64,000 nt of DNA from Sedimentisphaerales bacterium. Lineage in GTDB: Bacteria; Planctomycetota; Phycisphaerae; Sedimentisphaerales; SM23-30. The translations under genes were made by a program, and so were the position numbers. Shown in pieces: positions 37,784 to 47,275 of this stretch (position 1 is the first letter of the stretch; each line of letters begins with the position of its first letter). The stretch spans positions 2,138,201 to 2,202,200 of the forward strand of contig OY763926.1 in NCBI GenBank assembly GCA_963667715.1, written 5' to 3'. A model generated the notes under the pieces. The model was given only the letters and a program-made list of their open reading frames with translations. It was not told the DNA's origin and did no database searches.

Positions 37784-40700
37784 ATGGCTAGTGAGTTTAT
37801 AACTAATAAAGATAAAAAATTATCAGATGTAATTAATAACATATTGCCAGCAACTGACAATTTGTATTTTCTGGTTGGTTATTTTTACTTTTCCGGCTTC
37901 GAGAAAATATACAAGCAAGTTATTGATAAGAAATTGAAAATACTAGTTGGGCTTCAAATTGAAATCGATTTGACGAACAGAATCAAAGAGTTGTATTTTC
38001 TTGAAAAATTGAATATTTCTAGGGCTAAAGTAAGGGATAATTATCTTCAATCAATAGTTGATGTATTTAATGAAACTGATATATTTGATACTGAAGAAAA
38101 ACAAGATGCTTTCAGGCTATTTATCGATAAAATTCATGATGGAACCATGGAAATAAGAAAAACTCAGGAATCAAATCATGCAAAATTATATATCTTCGAG
38201 AACAAAACGGAGCAAAATCATGGTGGGGAATTTCTGGGGACAGTTATTACAGGCTCAAGCAATCTAACACATTCAGGACTTGAGGGAAGGTTTGAGATCA
38301 ATGTCAGCTTGAGGGATAATTATAACTTTACGCTAGCCCAAAATCTCTTTCTTGAGCTATGGGAAAAATCAGTCGTAATCGTTGATGAGAATAATAAAAA
38401 TGATTTTTTGAATAAGGTTGTAGAAAAAATATGGCTAGATAAGCTGCCAAAGCCTTTTTTACTTTATATAAGAGTTCTTGCCGAATATTTTGCGGAGCAA
38501 GAAGAGTTAATTACGCTGCCTGCTGATATTACTGATGGAAAATATTTTAACTTTAAGTATCAAGTAGATGCAATTAAAAGAGCTATTGGTATTATTGAAC
38601 GTCATAATGGTGTTATAGTTGCTGATGTAGTAGGTCTTGGGAAAAGTATTATTGCTTCTACCGTTGCTCATAATTTAAATCTAAAAACCATTGTAATAGC
38701 TCCTCCACATCTTGAACAGCAGTGGAATGACTATAGATATGAGTTTAGCTTCAATGCCAAGGTGTATAGTTCTGGTAAAATAAAAACGGCATTGGAAGAA
38801 AATCTTGATGATGAACAAAAGCTTATAATCATTGACGAAGCTCATAAGTACAGAAACGAATTAAATGCGGATTATGCCTATTTGCACCAGTTATGCCAGC
38901 AAAACAAGGTAATGCTTCTCACGGCTACGCCTTTTAATAATCGTCCTCAAGATATATTTTCTATGATTAAGTTGTTCCAGATACCCACACGGTCAACTAT
39001 AAGAACAATAGAGAACTTGTCTTATCAGTTTTATAGTTTAATACTGCGTTATAAAGAAATCAAAAAGATACAGCGTAGTAAAACTGAAAGTCAGCAAGAA
39101 ATAGAAAAACGCATTAATGAAGTTGCTAATGAGATCAGAGATATACTTTCCCCTCTGATCGTTAGAAGAAGTCGTTTAGACCTTGAGGCTATTGAGGAGT
39201 ATAAGGAAGATTTAGTTCAGCAAAATATATCATTTCCTGTTGTAAATGATCCGATTGAACTTGAATATAACCTTGATGATATAGAAGAGCTGTATGCAAA
39301 TACATTGCATAAAATTTGCCCCCAGAACGAAGATGAAGGTTTTATCGGTGCACGATATATGCCGGTTAACTATGTAAAGAATTTTGATAAATACAAAAAG
39401 AATATAGCTAAAGATATGGGGATCGACGAGAACTTGTTAAAGCAATCACAGGTTAACTTAGCAAAATTTATGCGGAGGCTTTTAGTTAGAAGATTTGAAA
39501 GTTCAATGGAATCATTTAGGCTGTCTCTAAGGTCGATGATAAAATCTTCTGAGACTATTGAAAGCTGGTATGAAAAGAAGGGCGGAGTACCTGTTTTTAA
39601 GAAAGGTGACCTCCCTGGTCCTGAAGATTTACTTAATCTTACAGGTGATGATGCTCTCAAAACTCTTGATGAATTACTTGAAGATGAAAAACTGGACAAA
39701 TACGTTCAGCGTGGGTTATGGTTTATTGAGAAAAAAGAACTTAAGGTAGGCTTTATCCTTCAAGTTAAAAAGGATATTCAGCTACTTAAGGAGATATATA
39801 ATGACTGGTTCGGCAATAGAATTATTTCTGATCCAAAGCTTAGTCATTTTACAGAGCTAATTAAATCCCAATTAAGAAGTGATCCAACAAGAAAAATAGT
39901 AGTATTCACTGAATTTGCCGATACCGCAAATTACTTATATGAATCTCTCAAGGATGGTTTAAGGATATTCAAATACTCATCATCTGATAATACTAAAGAA
40001 AATAAGCAGACTATCAGATCGAACTTTGATGCTGGTTATGACAAGCCAGAAAATGATTTTGATATTTTGATTGCAACAGATGCGATATCTGAAGGTTATA
40101 ATTTACATCGAGCAGGTACAATATTTAATTATGATATACCATATAATCCTACAAGAGTAATTCAGCGCGTAGGTAGAATTAATCGAATAAACAAAAAAGT
40201 CTTTGATGAGTTGTTTATCTATAATTTCTTTCCTAGTGCTACAGGCGAAAAAGAAACTCACATTAAAGAAATTGCTACTCTAAAAATGGATATGATACAT
40301 GCCTTGCTTGGTGAAGATACCATGGTTTTGACAGATCAGGAGAAGCTTGGTTCTCGCTTTGCGGTACAGTTCAAGGAACAAATTGGTAAACAGGAACAGT
40401 TATCACCTGAAGCAAAGTACGAAAATCTGATAAAGAATTACAGAGCATATAATCAAGATATTATAAATGAAGCTCTTGCAGTTCCGAAAAGAGTAAAAAT
40501 TAAACGTTCATTCAAAAAGGATGAGGATGGAGTTTTATTATTTGCCCGCAAAGGGAAAGAATACGTATTCAAGCTTACAAAACCGGAGGGTGAATCAACG
40601 AATCTGACCTCAGCTAAAGGTTTAGAATTATTTGAAGCAGAACTACAGGAAGACCCGCATGAGGTTTCAAAAGTATTTGATAAAGTTTACCAGATTGCAA

Positions 40701-41023
40701 AGTCAAATCTCTTTATTACCAAGACCGTGATGACAAAAGATAAAGGCAAAAAAGATGCTATAGCAAAATTGAAATTGCTGAAAAAAGACTTTTCTCAATA
40801 TCGTGACTATCTTGAAGATTTGGTATATGTTGCTGAAAAGCTGGATGCATTGCCGGAAAGATACCTGAAAATGATACGGGCTATTAGCATAGATACAATA
40901 GAACAGGATATGAACAGTTTTATTGATGAAGTATCTACCACATATCTTAGTAAAATAATTGATCGTGAACAAGCTATAGCAAATGAGAAGGAATCCCTAA
41001 TCATAGCAGAGGAATTGATTTAA
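37784..41023 (+). CDS. PLD-like nuclease domain fused to an SNF2/DEAH-family helicase
   Basis: 1079 aa. The N-terminal HKD-like motif is NHAKLYIFE...GTVITGSSNLT. Helicase motifs: I ADVVGLGKSIIA, II IIIDEAHKYRN, III LLTATPFNN, VI VIQRVGRINR. Confidence 0.85.
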   Translation: MASEFITNKDKKLSDVINNILPATDNLYFLVGYFYFSGFEKIYKQVIDKKLKILVGLQIEIDLTNRIKELYFLEKLNISRAKVRDNYLQSIVDVFNETDIFDTEEKQDAFRLFIDKIHDGTMEIRKTQESNHAKLYIFENKTEQNHGGEFLGTVITGSSNLTHSGLEGRFEINVSLRDNYNFTLAQNLFLELWEKSVVIVDENNKNDFLNKVVEKIWLDKLPKPFLLYIRVLAEYFAEQEELITLPADITDGKYFNFKYQVDAIKRAIGIIERHNGVIVADVVGLGKSIIASTVAHNLNLKTIVIAPPHLEQQWNDYRYEFSFNAKVYSSGKIKTALEENLDDEQKLIIIDEAHKYRNELNADYAYLHQLCQQNKVMLLTATPFNNRPQDIFSMIKLFQIPTRSTIRTIENLSYQFYSLILRYKEIKKIQRSKTESQQEIEKRINEVANEIRDILSPLIVRRSRLDLEAIEEYKEDLVQQNISFPVVNDPIELEYNLDDIEELYANTLHKICPQNEDEGFIGARYMPVNYVKNFDKYKKNIAKDMGIDENLLKQSQVNLAKFMRRLLVRRFESSMESFRLSLRSMIKSSETIESWYEKKGGVPVFKKGDLPGPEDLLNLTGDDALKTLDELLEDEKLDKYVQRGLWFIEKKELKVGFILQVKKDIQLLKEIYNDWFGNRIISDPKLSHFTELIKSQLRSDPTRKIVVFTEFADTANYLYESLKDGLRIFKYSSSDNTKENKQTIRSNFDAGYDKPENDFDILIATDAISEGYNLHRAGTIFNYDIPYNPTRVIQRVGRINRINKKVFDELFIYNFFPSATGEKETHIKEIATLKMDMIHALLGEDTMVLTDQEKLGSRFAVQFKEQIGKQEQLSPEAKYENLIKNYRAYNQDIINEALAVPKRVKIKRSFKKDEDGVLLFARKGKEYVFKLTKPEGESTNLTSAKGLELFEAELQEDPHEVSKVFDKVYQIAKSNLFITKTVMTKDKGKKDAIAKLKLLKKDFSQYRDYLEDLVYVAEKLDALPERYLKMIRAISIDTIEQDMNSFIDEVSTTYLSKIIDREQAIANEKESLIIAEELI

Positions 41024-41024
41024 T

Positions 41025-44000
41025 ATGAAATATGATTTTAATGCCAAATACCATAGAAGTAATTTTTTGAATTTCCTTAAAAACGATTTTCTCCCAGACG
41101 ATCTTGAATTGTTTGATGAGAAAATTGACCTTGAATTTGCTCCAAACCATATTCAGACTGTTGCTAAAGTTGGCGAGGTGAAATCATTAGGTCTGACCGT
41201 TTTTGAAGTATTGCATAATTCAGAAAATGATCCAAGAGTAACACTATCTAGAGATGTATTCAGATTGATAAGTAATCTGTCAATAGAGCGTGCTTTGGTG
41301 GTTTTTCATACTAATAAGAGTGAAAACTATCGGTTGTCTCTAGTTACCATTGAGTTTAAGCTCAATAAAAATAAATTGACAAGAGAATATTCAAACCCGA
41401 AAAGATATTCATATTTTCTTGGTCCTAGAGCCAAAACTAATACTCCAGAACAATTTTTAACCAAGGGAAGAGTTTCATCGTTAACAGAACTCCAGAATTG
41501 TTTCTCGATCGAAGTTGTAAACCGGCAGTTTTATCAGGAAATTGCTACAGTCTTTACAGAACTTACTGGCGGGCAAAGAGATATCGGCAGCAGGCATATC
41601 GACGCAGGTAACGGGTGTCTGATTATACCCGGAGGAAACAATGAAAAAACAAGGAAAGAATTTGCGGTTCGTTTAATAGGTCGTTTAGTGTTTTGCTGGT
41701 TTCTTAAAAAGAAAATATCAAGTAATAATGTTCCATTAATTCCAGATGATGTATTATCTTTACAGGCATTGAATGAGAATTCTAATTATTATCATTATAT
41801 TCTTGAACCACTATTCTTTGAAACTCTAAATAAGAACTTAGAGCACAGGCATCCGAAATATCAAACAAAACCTTGGGATATAATACCATTTCTAAATGGA
41901 GGGTTATTTGATCCACATGAGGAAGATTATTATGAATTTGACAGGATCACGGGAGTATCAGGCAAGTACATTAATATATTAAAAGTACCAGATGAGAAAA
42001 TTAAGGAATTAGTAACAATATTTGAAACCTATAATTTTACCATTGACGAAAATACTTCAGTTGATATTGAACTCTCTATTGATCCTGAAATGTTAGGGAG
42101 AATATTTGAAAATCTTCTAGCTGAAATTAATCCAGAAACAGGTGAAACAGCCAGAAAAGCAAGCGGTAGTTATTATACACCAAGAGAAGTTGTTGACTAT
42201 ATGGTTGATAAAAGTCTCGAACATTACCTTATTGCTAATCTTGGAATTGAGCATACTAGTGATGTTAAATCATTATTAAACTATGTTGAAGACTCCCCAT
42301 CTATTAGTGAAGAGATAGTTGATAAAGCTCTCGATGCACTTTACAATATAAAAATTCTTGACCCAGCCTGTGGTTCAGGTGCTTTTCCTATGGGGGTTCT
42401 GCAAAAGATACTTCTAATATTGCAAAAACTAGACCCCGAATCAGGGAAATGGCTTGAAAGACTTCTTGATGACATAGATGATGAAACTGTCAAAGAATAT
42501 CTTAGGACTCATATGAATACGGACTATATTCATAAATTAGGTATGATAAGAGACTCTATTTATGGAATCGATATTCAGCCTATAGCAACTGAAATTTCAA
42601 AGCTTAGAGTCTTTTTATCTCTTATTATTGAAGAGAATATTAAAGACGGAGAACCCAATAGGGGGATTGAACCTCTCCCTAACTTGGAATTTAAGTTCGT
42701 TTGTGCCAATACCCTTATTAGCCTTGGAGAACAAATCGATTTTACTAACAATGATAAAGCATTAAAACTTCAAAAGAAACTTGAAAGAATACGGAAAAAG
42801 TATCTCAGTAGTTCTGGCGAATCTAAGCAAAAAATCAAAGATGAGTATAAAAATATTAAAGATAAATTATTTAATGAAGTTATTGGATTGATGTGGTCAA
42901 AAGCAAGTAAAAGGATGGAACAACTATCTACTTGGAATCCTTTTGCAGATGAGCCTTGTGGCTGGTTTGACTCAAAATTTATGTTTGGTGTTGACAAAGG
43001 CTTCGACATAATTATAGGAAACCCTCCCTATATAAAAGAATATACAAGTAGAGCAGCATTCGATGGGGTCAGAGAAGAACAGTACTACCAAGGTAAAATG
43101 GATATTTGGTATTTATTTGCTTGCAATGCTATTGATTGGTTAAAGAATAATGGAGTTCATTGTTTTATTGCAACAAATAATTGGATAACTAATGCCGGAG
43201 CATCAAAGCTAAGAAATAAAGTAGTAAACGAAACTAACATTCTTCAGTTTGTTGATTTTGGCAATTATAAAATATTTGATAATGCTGACATTCAAACAAT
43301 GGTTTATGTATTGAGTAAATCTAAAAGACCAAAAAAATACAGTGTGAATTATTCGAGGTTAAATAATCCTAATGTAACTAGAGATTACTTAAGCACTTTC
43401 TTGAAATCAGATTTTCAGACGGATAATTATACAAAGAGGGATGTTGAGTTTGATAGAGCTAAATTCAAGGATAAATATATTTCATTTTGCGAAAGTAATA
43501 CTGAAGTTGTATTAAAAAAAATCTTAGATAAAAGTAATTTTAATTTTACTAATGATGAAGTTGCACAAGGTATTGTTGCTCCGCAAGACTTTGTTAATAG
43601 AAAAAGTGCAAGTAAGTTAGGTAATAAATATAAAATTGGATTTGGGATATTTGTTCTTTCTGACGAAGAGAAAAATACTCTTAACCTTGATGAGGCTGAA
43701 CTCAAATTACTAAAGCCATATTATACATCTAATGAGCTATTTAAATATTACGGCAATCGTAATAATCAGCAATGGGTAATCTATACTCGTTCAAATATTA
43801 ATAGTACAATTGATGACTACCTAAATATTAAAGAACATTTAGATAGATTTGCTTCCGTAATCACCTCTGATAATGCGCCTTATGGATTACATAGAGCAAG
43901 GAAAGAACACTTTTTTCAAGATGAAAAAATAATATCCATTCGTAAATGTAGTGAACCAAGTTTTACCTACACAGATTTTGATTGTTATGTATCACAAACA

Positions 44001-44333
44001 TATTTTGTGATCAGAACACACAGGCTAAATATGAAATATTTAACTGGATTCATGAATAGTAAAATTGTTAAGTTCTGGCTTAAAAATAAAGGAAAGATGC
44101 AAGGAGATAATTATCAGGTGGATAAAGCTCCATTGATGAGCATTCCAGTCATGAGACCATCTACGGAAATTCAAAACAAAATTGAAGAGATGGTTGATAC
44201 GATCATTGAATTAAGAGCAAATAGCCATGACGATAATATCCCTAAACATGAAGATTCAATAAATACGATAGTATTTGACATGTTTGATCTTAGTGATGAT
44301 GATATTGCTATTATTGAGGATTCTATTAAATAA
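41025..44333 (+). CDS. Eco57I/PglX-like N6-adenine DNA methyltransferase (large form, no recognisable nuclease domain)
   Basis: 1102 aa. Motifs: GSYYTPREVVDYMV, the SAM-binding motif ILDPACGSGAFP, and the catalytic motif IIIGNPPYIKEY. A long C-terminal region is compatible with a target-recognition domain. The start lies 1 nt after the helicase stop. Confidence 0.85.
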   Translation: MKYDFNAKYHRSNFLNFLKNDFLPDDLELFDEKIDLEFAPNHIQTVAKVGEVKSLGLTVFEVLHNSENDPRVTLSRDVFRLISNLSIERALVVFHTNKSENYRLSLVTIEFKLNKNKLTREYSNPKRYSYFLGPRAKTNTPEQFLTKGRVSSLTELQNCFSIEVVNRQFYQEIATVFTELTGGQRDIGSRHIDAGNGCLIIPGGNNEKTRKEFAVRLIGRLVFCWFLKKKISSNNVPLIPDDVLSLQALNENSNYYHYILEPLFFETLNKNLEHRHPKYQTKPWDIIPFLNGGLFDPHEEDYYEFDRITGVSGKYINILKVPDEKIKELVTIFETYNFTIDENTSVDIELSIDPEMLGRIFENLLAEINPETGETARKASGSYYTPREVVDYMVDKSLEHYLIANLGIEHTSDVKSLLNYVEDSPSISEEIVDKALDALYNIKILDPACGSGAFPMGVLQKILLILQKLDPESGKWLERLLDDIDDETVKEYLRTHMNTDYIHKLGMIRDSIYGIDIQPIATEISKLRVFLSLIIEENIKDGEPNRGIEPLPNLEFKFVCANTLISLGEQIDFTNNDKALKLQKKLERIRKKYLSSSGESKQKIKDEYKNIKDKLFNEVIGLMWSKASKRMEQLSTWNPFADEPCGWFDSKFMFGVDKGFDIIIGNPPYIKEYTSRAAFDGVREEQYYQGKMDIWYLFACNAIDWLKNNGVHCFIATNNWITNAGASKLRNKVVNETNILQFVDFGNYKIFDNADIQTMVYVLSKSKRPKKYSVNYSRLNNPNVTRDYLSTFLKSDFQTDNYTKRDVEFDRAKFKDKYISFCESNTEVVLKKILDKSNFNFTNDEVAQGIVAPQDFVNRKSASKLGNKYKIGFGIFVLSDEEKNTLNLDEAELKLLKPYYTSNELFKYYGNRNNQQWVIYTRSNINSTIDDYLNIKEHLDRFASVITSDNAPYGLHRARKEHFFQDEKIISIRKCSEPSFTYTDFDCYVSQTYFVIRTHRLNMKYLTGFMNSKIVKFWLKNKGKMQGDNYQVDKAPLMSIPVMRPSTEIQNKIEEMVDTIIELRANSHDDNIPKHEDSINTIVFDMFDLSDDDIAIIEDSIK

Positions 44334-44351
44334 AATTTTGTGAGAGTTTTT

Positions 44352-46325
44352 ATGGCACGAAAAAAAGTAACAGCAGGTAAAGACTTTATACAAAAAATTG
44401 GTATCACTGATCCAATTTCTGCTTTAGCTGAGTTGATTTGGAATTCCTTTGATGCTGGTGCCAATACTGTTGAAGTAGTTCTTCGCTCAAATGGTACTGG
44501 AGCAGTCCAGGATATAGAGATAATAGATGATGGTGAAGGGATTGCATACGAGGAACTTGCTCAGGCATTTGGTAACCTTGGCAATTCTAAAAAACTTACT
44601 AATAAAGAAACGGTCAATGGGAGATTAGTTCACGGCAAAGAGGGCAAAGGGAGATTTAAGACTTTTTCATTATGTAATAAGCCTATATGGGTAACTGTGT
44701 TTAAAAATGACAATGAATATTATAAGCATATAATATCTATTGATAATGTCTTTTCAGATGAATATGACGACTCAGATCCAGAAGTCTCCCCGCTAAAGAA
44801 AACTGGAACAACAGTTATTCTTAAAGATATCCTGCAAGGACAGAATTCATTAGCAAGGGATGATGCGAAAATAAAGGTCGCAAAGCATTTTGTTTTGTAT
44901 TTACTTAATTATCCAGGACTATCACTTGTTTTTGACTCACGCAAAATCGTTATTGATGATTTTATTAAAACCAAAAAAACATACAATCTACCTACGGGAA
45001 ATAATGATAAGCTTACTGTAATTGAATGGAACGAAAGACTTGAGAGTAAACAATTACATCTGTGCAATGAGCATGGTTTTTGTCGGCATGAAATTGCTGC
45101 TGGGGTACATGCTCCTGGAATTGAATATTCAGCCTACCTGCAATCAACAATGATTGAAGATGTATATAATTCAGGGAATTTAGGCTTGGGTGATATGAGT
45201 TTAGACCTGATAAAGCTCATTGATGTTGCTAAAGATACTATCAGGGATCATATTCGTAAGCGTCTGGCAGAAGAAGCTGGTGATATTGTTAAAGAGTGGA
45301 AAGAGCAAAACATATATCCATATTCAGATGACGAGCCAACCGGACCAATAAAAGAAGCTGAAAGAGAAGTCTTTGATATTGTTGCTATAACGATCAATGA
45401 GCAGCATCCGACATTTAAGCGAAATGATCTCTCAAATAAAAAACTAACTCTGGCTTTAGTTAAGCAGGCATTAGAAACAAATCCATCTGGCATTTCCAAG
45501 ATACTTCAGGAATTGCTATCTTTACCTAAAGAAGAACAAGATGGTTTGGTAGAGCTACTGCAAAGAACCACCTTGAGTTCCATTATTAAAGCCAGTTCAG
45601 TCGTTGCAGATCGCTTAGATGCCATTGGAGCATTTGAGCATATTATCTTTAATAGTAATTGGAAGAAGACTCTTCTGGAAAGAACGCAACTTCATAGACT
45701 GCTTGTGCATCATCTTTGGATTTTTGGAGAAGGTTATACGTTGGATAGTGACGATGAGTCATTAACTGCTATTCTTGAAAAGCATATTAAGAAACTTGGC
45801 AGAAAGAAAATTATTGAGGATGTAAATGTTAAAACAGTATCAGGAATCAATGGTATTCCTGACCTATTGCTTTCAAAACAATTTACTCATTCCCATGAAT
45901 TATTTGAAAATCTTGTAATTGAACTTAAAAGACCCTCAATTAAACTTGGTAATACTGAATTGACACAGATAGAAGATTATGCTATTACAGTTTCAGAAGA
46001 TGAAAGATTCGATACAGATAGATACAAATGGAAGTTTATTTTAGTTGGGAATAATTATGATAGGTTTGTGAAAGCAAAAATCAACCAACCACGTTTTCCT
46101 AAATATTGCTCTATGGACTCTGGAAATGTACAGGTTTATGTTAGAACTTGGGCAGATATTTTCGCTGATGCTAAATTGAGATATAAGTTTTTTAGTGAAA
46201 AGCTTGAGATTGAAGCTAAAACCGAAAGTGGTATGGCAAATTTTCAAGAGAAGTATGGTCATTTGATTACCGGGAATGGTATGTCTAAGAAGAAGGAAAA
46301 AGAAGCAGGTAAGGCTCCCAAATAA
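44352..46325 (+). CDS. GHKL-type ATPase (HATPase_c_3-like) fused to a PD-(D/E)xK nuclease-like C-terminal domain
   Basis: ATG 44352, with GTG 44340 also possible. Bergerat-fold boxes: ALAELIWNSFDAGA (N box), IEIIDDGEGI (G1), HGKEGKGRF (G2). The C-terminus WIFGEGY...GIPDLLLSKQF...ENLVIELKRPSIKLG...QIEDY fits a D...E-x-K nuclease core resembling DUF4263/Shedu-type domains. Confidence 0.75.
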   Translation: MARKKVTAGKDFIQKIGITDPISALAELIWNSFDAGANTVEVVLRSNGTGAVQDIEIIDDGEGIAYEELAQAFGNLGNSKKLTNKETVNGRLVHGKEGKGRFKTFSLCNKPIWVTVFKNDNEYYKHIISIDNVFSDEYDDSDPEVSPLKKTGTTVILKDILQGQNSLARDDAKIKVAKHFVLYLLNYPGLSLVFDSRKIVIDDFIKTKKTYNLPTGNNDKLTVIEWNERLESKQLHLCNEHGFCRHEIAAGVHAPGIEYSAYLQSTMIEDVYNSGNLGLGDMSLDLIKLIDVAKDTIRDHIRKRLAEEAGDIVKEWKEQNIYPYSDDEPTGPIKEAEREVFDIVAITINEQHPTFKRNDLSNKKLTLALVKQALETNPSGISKILQELLSLPKEEQDGLVELLQRTTLSSIIKASSVVADRLDAIGAFEHIIFNSNWKKTLLERTQLHRLLVHHLWIFGEGYTLDSDDESLTAILEKHIKKLGRKKIIEDVNVKTVSGINGIPDLLLSKQFTHSHELFENLVIELKRPSIKLGNTELTQIEDYAITVSEDERFDTDRYKWKFILVGNNYDRFVKAKINQPRFPKYCSMDSGNVQVYVRTWADIFADAKLRYKFFSEKLEIEAKTESGMANFQEKYGHLITGNGMSKKKEKEAGKAPK

Positions 46326-46343
46326 TTTTTTGTTATTACCGTA

Positions 46344-46380
46344 CCCCCATCCCCATCCCCTTGGGATCGATTACCTCCCC
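46344..46380 (-). repeat. C-tract cluster (G-tracts on the minus strand) directly after the operon
   Basis: The plus strand has ccccc at 46344-46348, cccc at 46351-46354, cccc at 46357-46360 and cccc at 46377-46380, including the tandem ccccat ccccat. This is conspicuous in an otherwise AT-rich island. Confidence 0.5.
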
Positions 46381-47275
46381 TAAGTTTGACAGGGACTCTA
46401 AAGTTCGGCTTTTGAGCCAGGATTTTTTATGCTCAATATTAATAAGAATTTCCCTTATTCTTGTAGGGTCATGTTGTTTGATTTATTTGCCTTAATGGTC
46501 GCCGATACGCTGTCGCTACCGCTTTTTTCCGAAGACTTAATCCCCTTGTGTCTTTGGTTGAGCGTGGGTGCTGGGGGCGATCCTAGGCGTTTTCTGTGCG
46601 TAGGTGAAATTCTTGTGTGAAAATAGGTTATGTGATAACCTAAAAACGCATAAAATTGCTTTATGGTAACTAATTATTTCACTATAGTAGCTTTTTTCGT
46701 TAAAATGCCGAAATCACTGGCGTAAATACTTCTAAATTTCGACATTTAATTGATTAATTATTAATCTTAATCCAATGGTACTTGGTCTCAGCATAAATCA
46801 AGTAGCCGTTTTGGTTCTGAAGGAAGCGGAATCAATCGAGAGAGAAAGAGACTAGTTATACAAAACTGGTTTCTGTATGTAGATAGTGTCCGTGTAGATA
46901 CACATGAAATAAGGGTAAATTGGGGCGAAAAATGAGGGTGCAATTGAGTTTATTGAATGGCAAAAACTTCATTAAATTTCAAAATATCTTTTAGTATCTC
47001 CATGTATTAGAATCACCCATAATAGCTCATTATAGCGGTTTATATGGAACTTCGCCCTAAGTTGATTCTGTGGACAGAAACAAGTGTGTACGCATATATA
47101 TACTTATTTCTCTCGCGCTCCCCTGGGGGTTCTATTGAGAAAAAGAGGAGATAGATCAGAGTAGTTGAATGAGTGTGAGTATTCAAAGGTTCGTCAGTTA
47201 GCGGAATTATTGGCGACAGAATAGACCATAAATAAGAAAGTAGGATAAATGTAATGTTATTAAAGGATAAATAAA

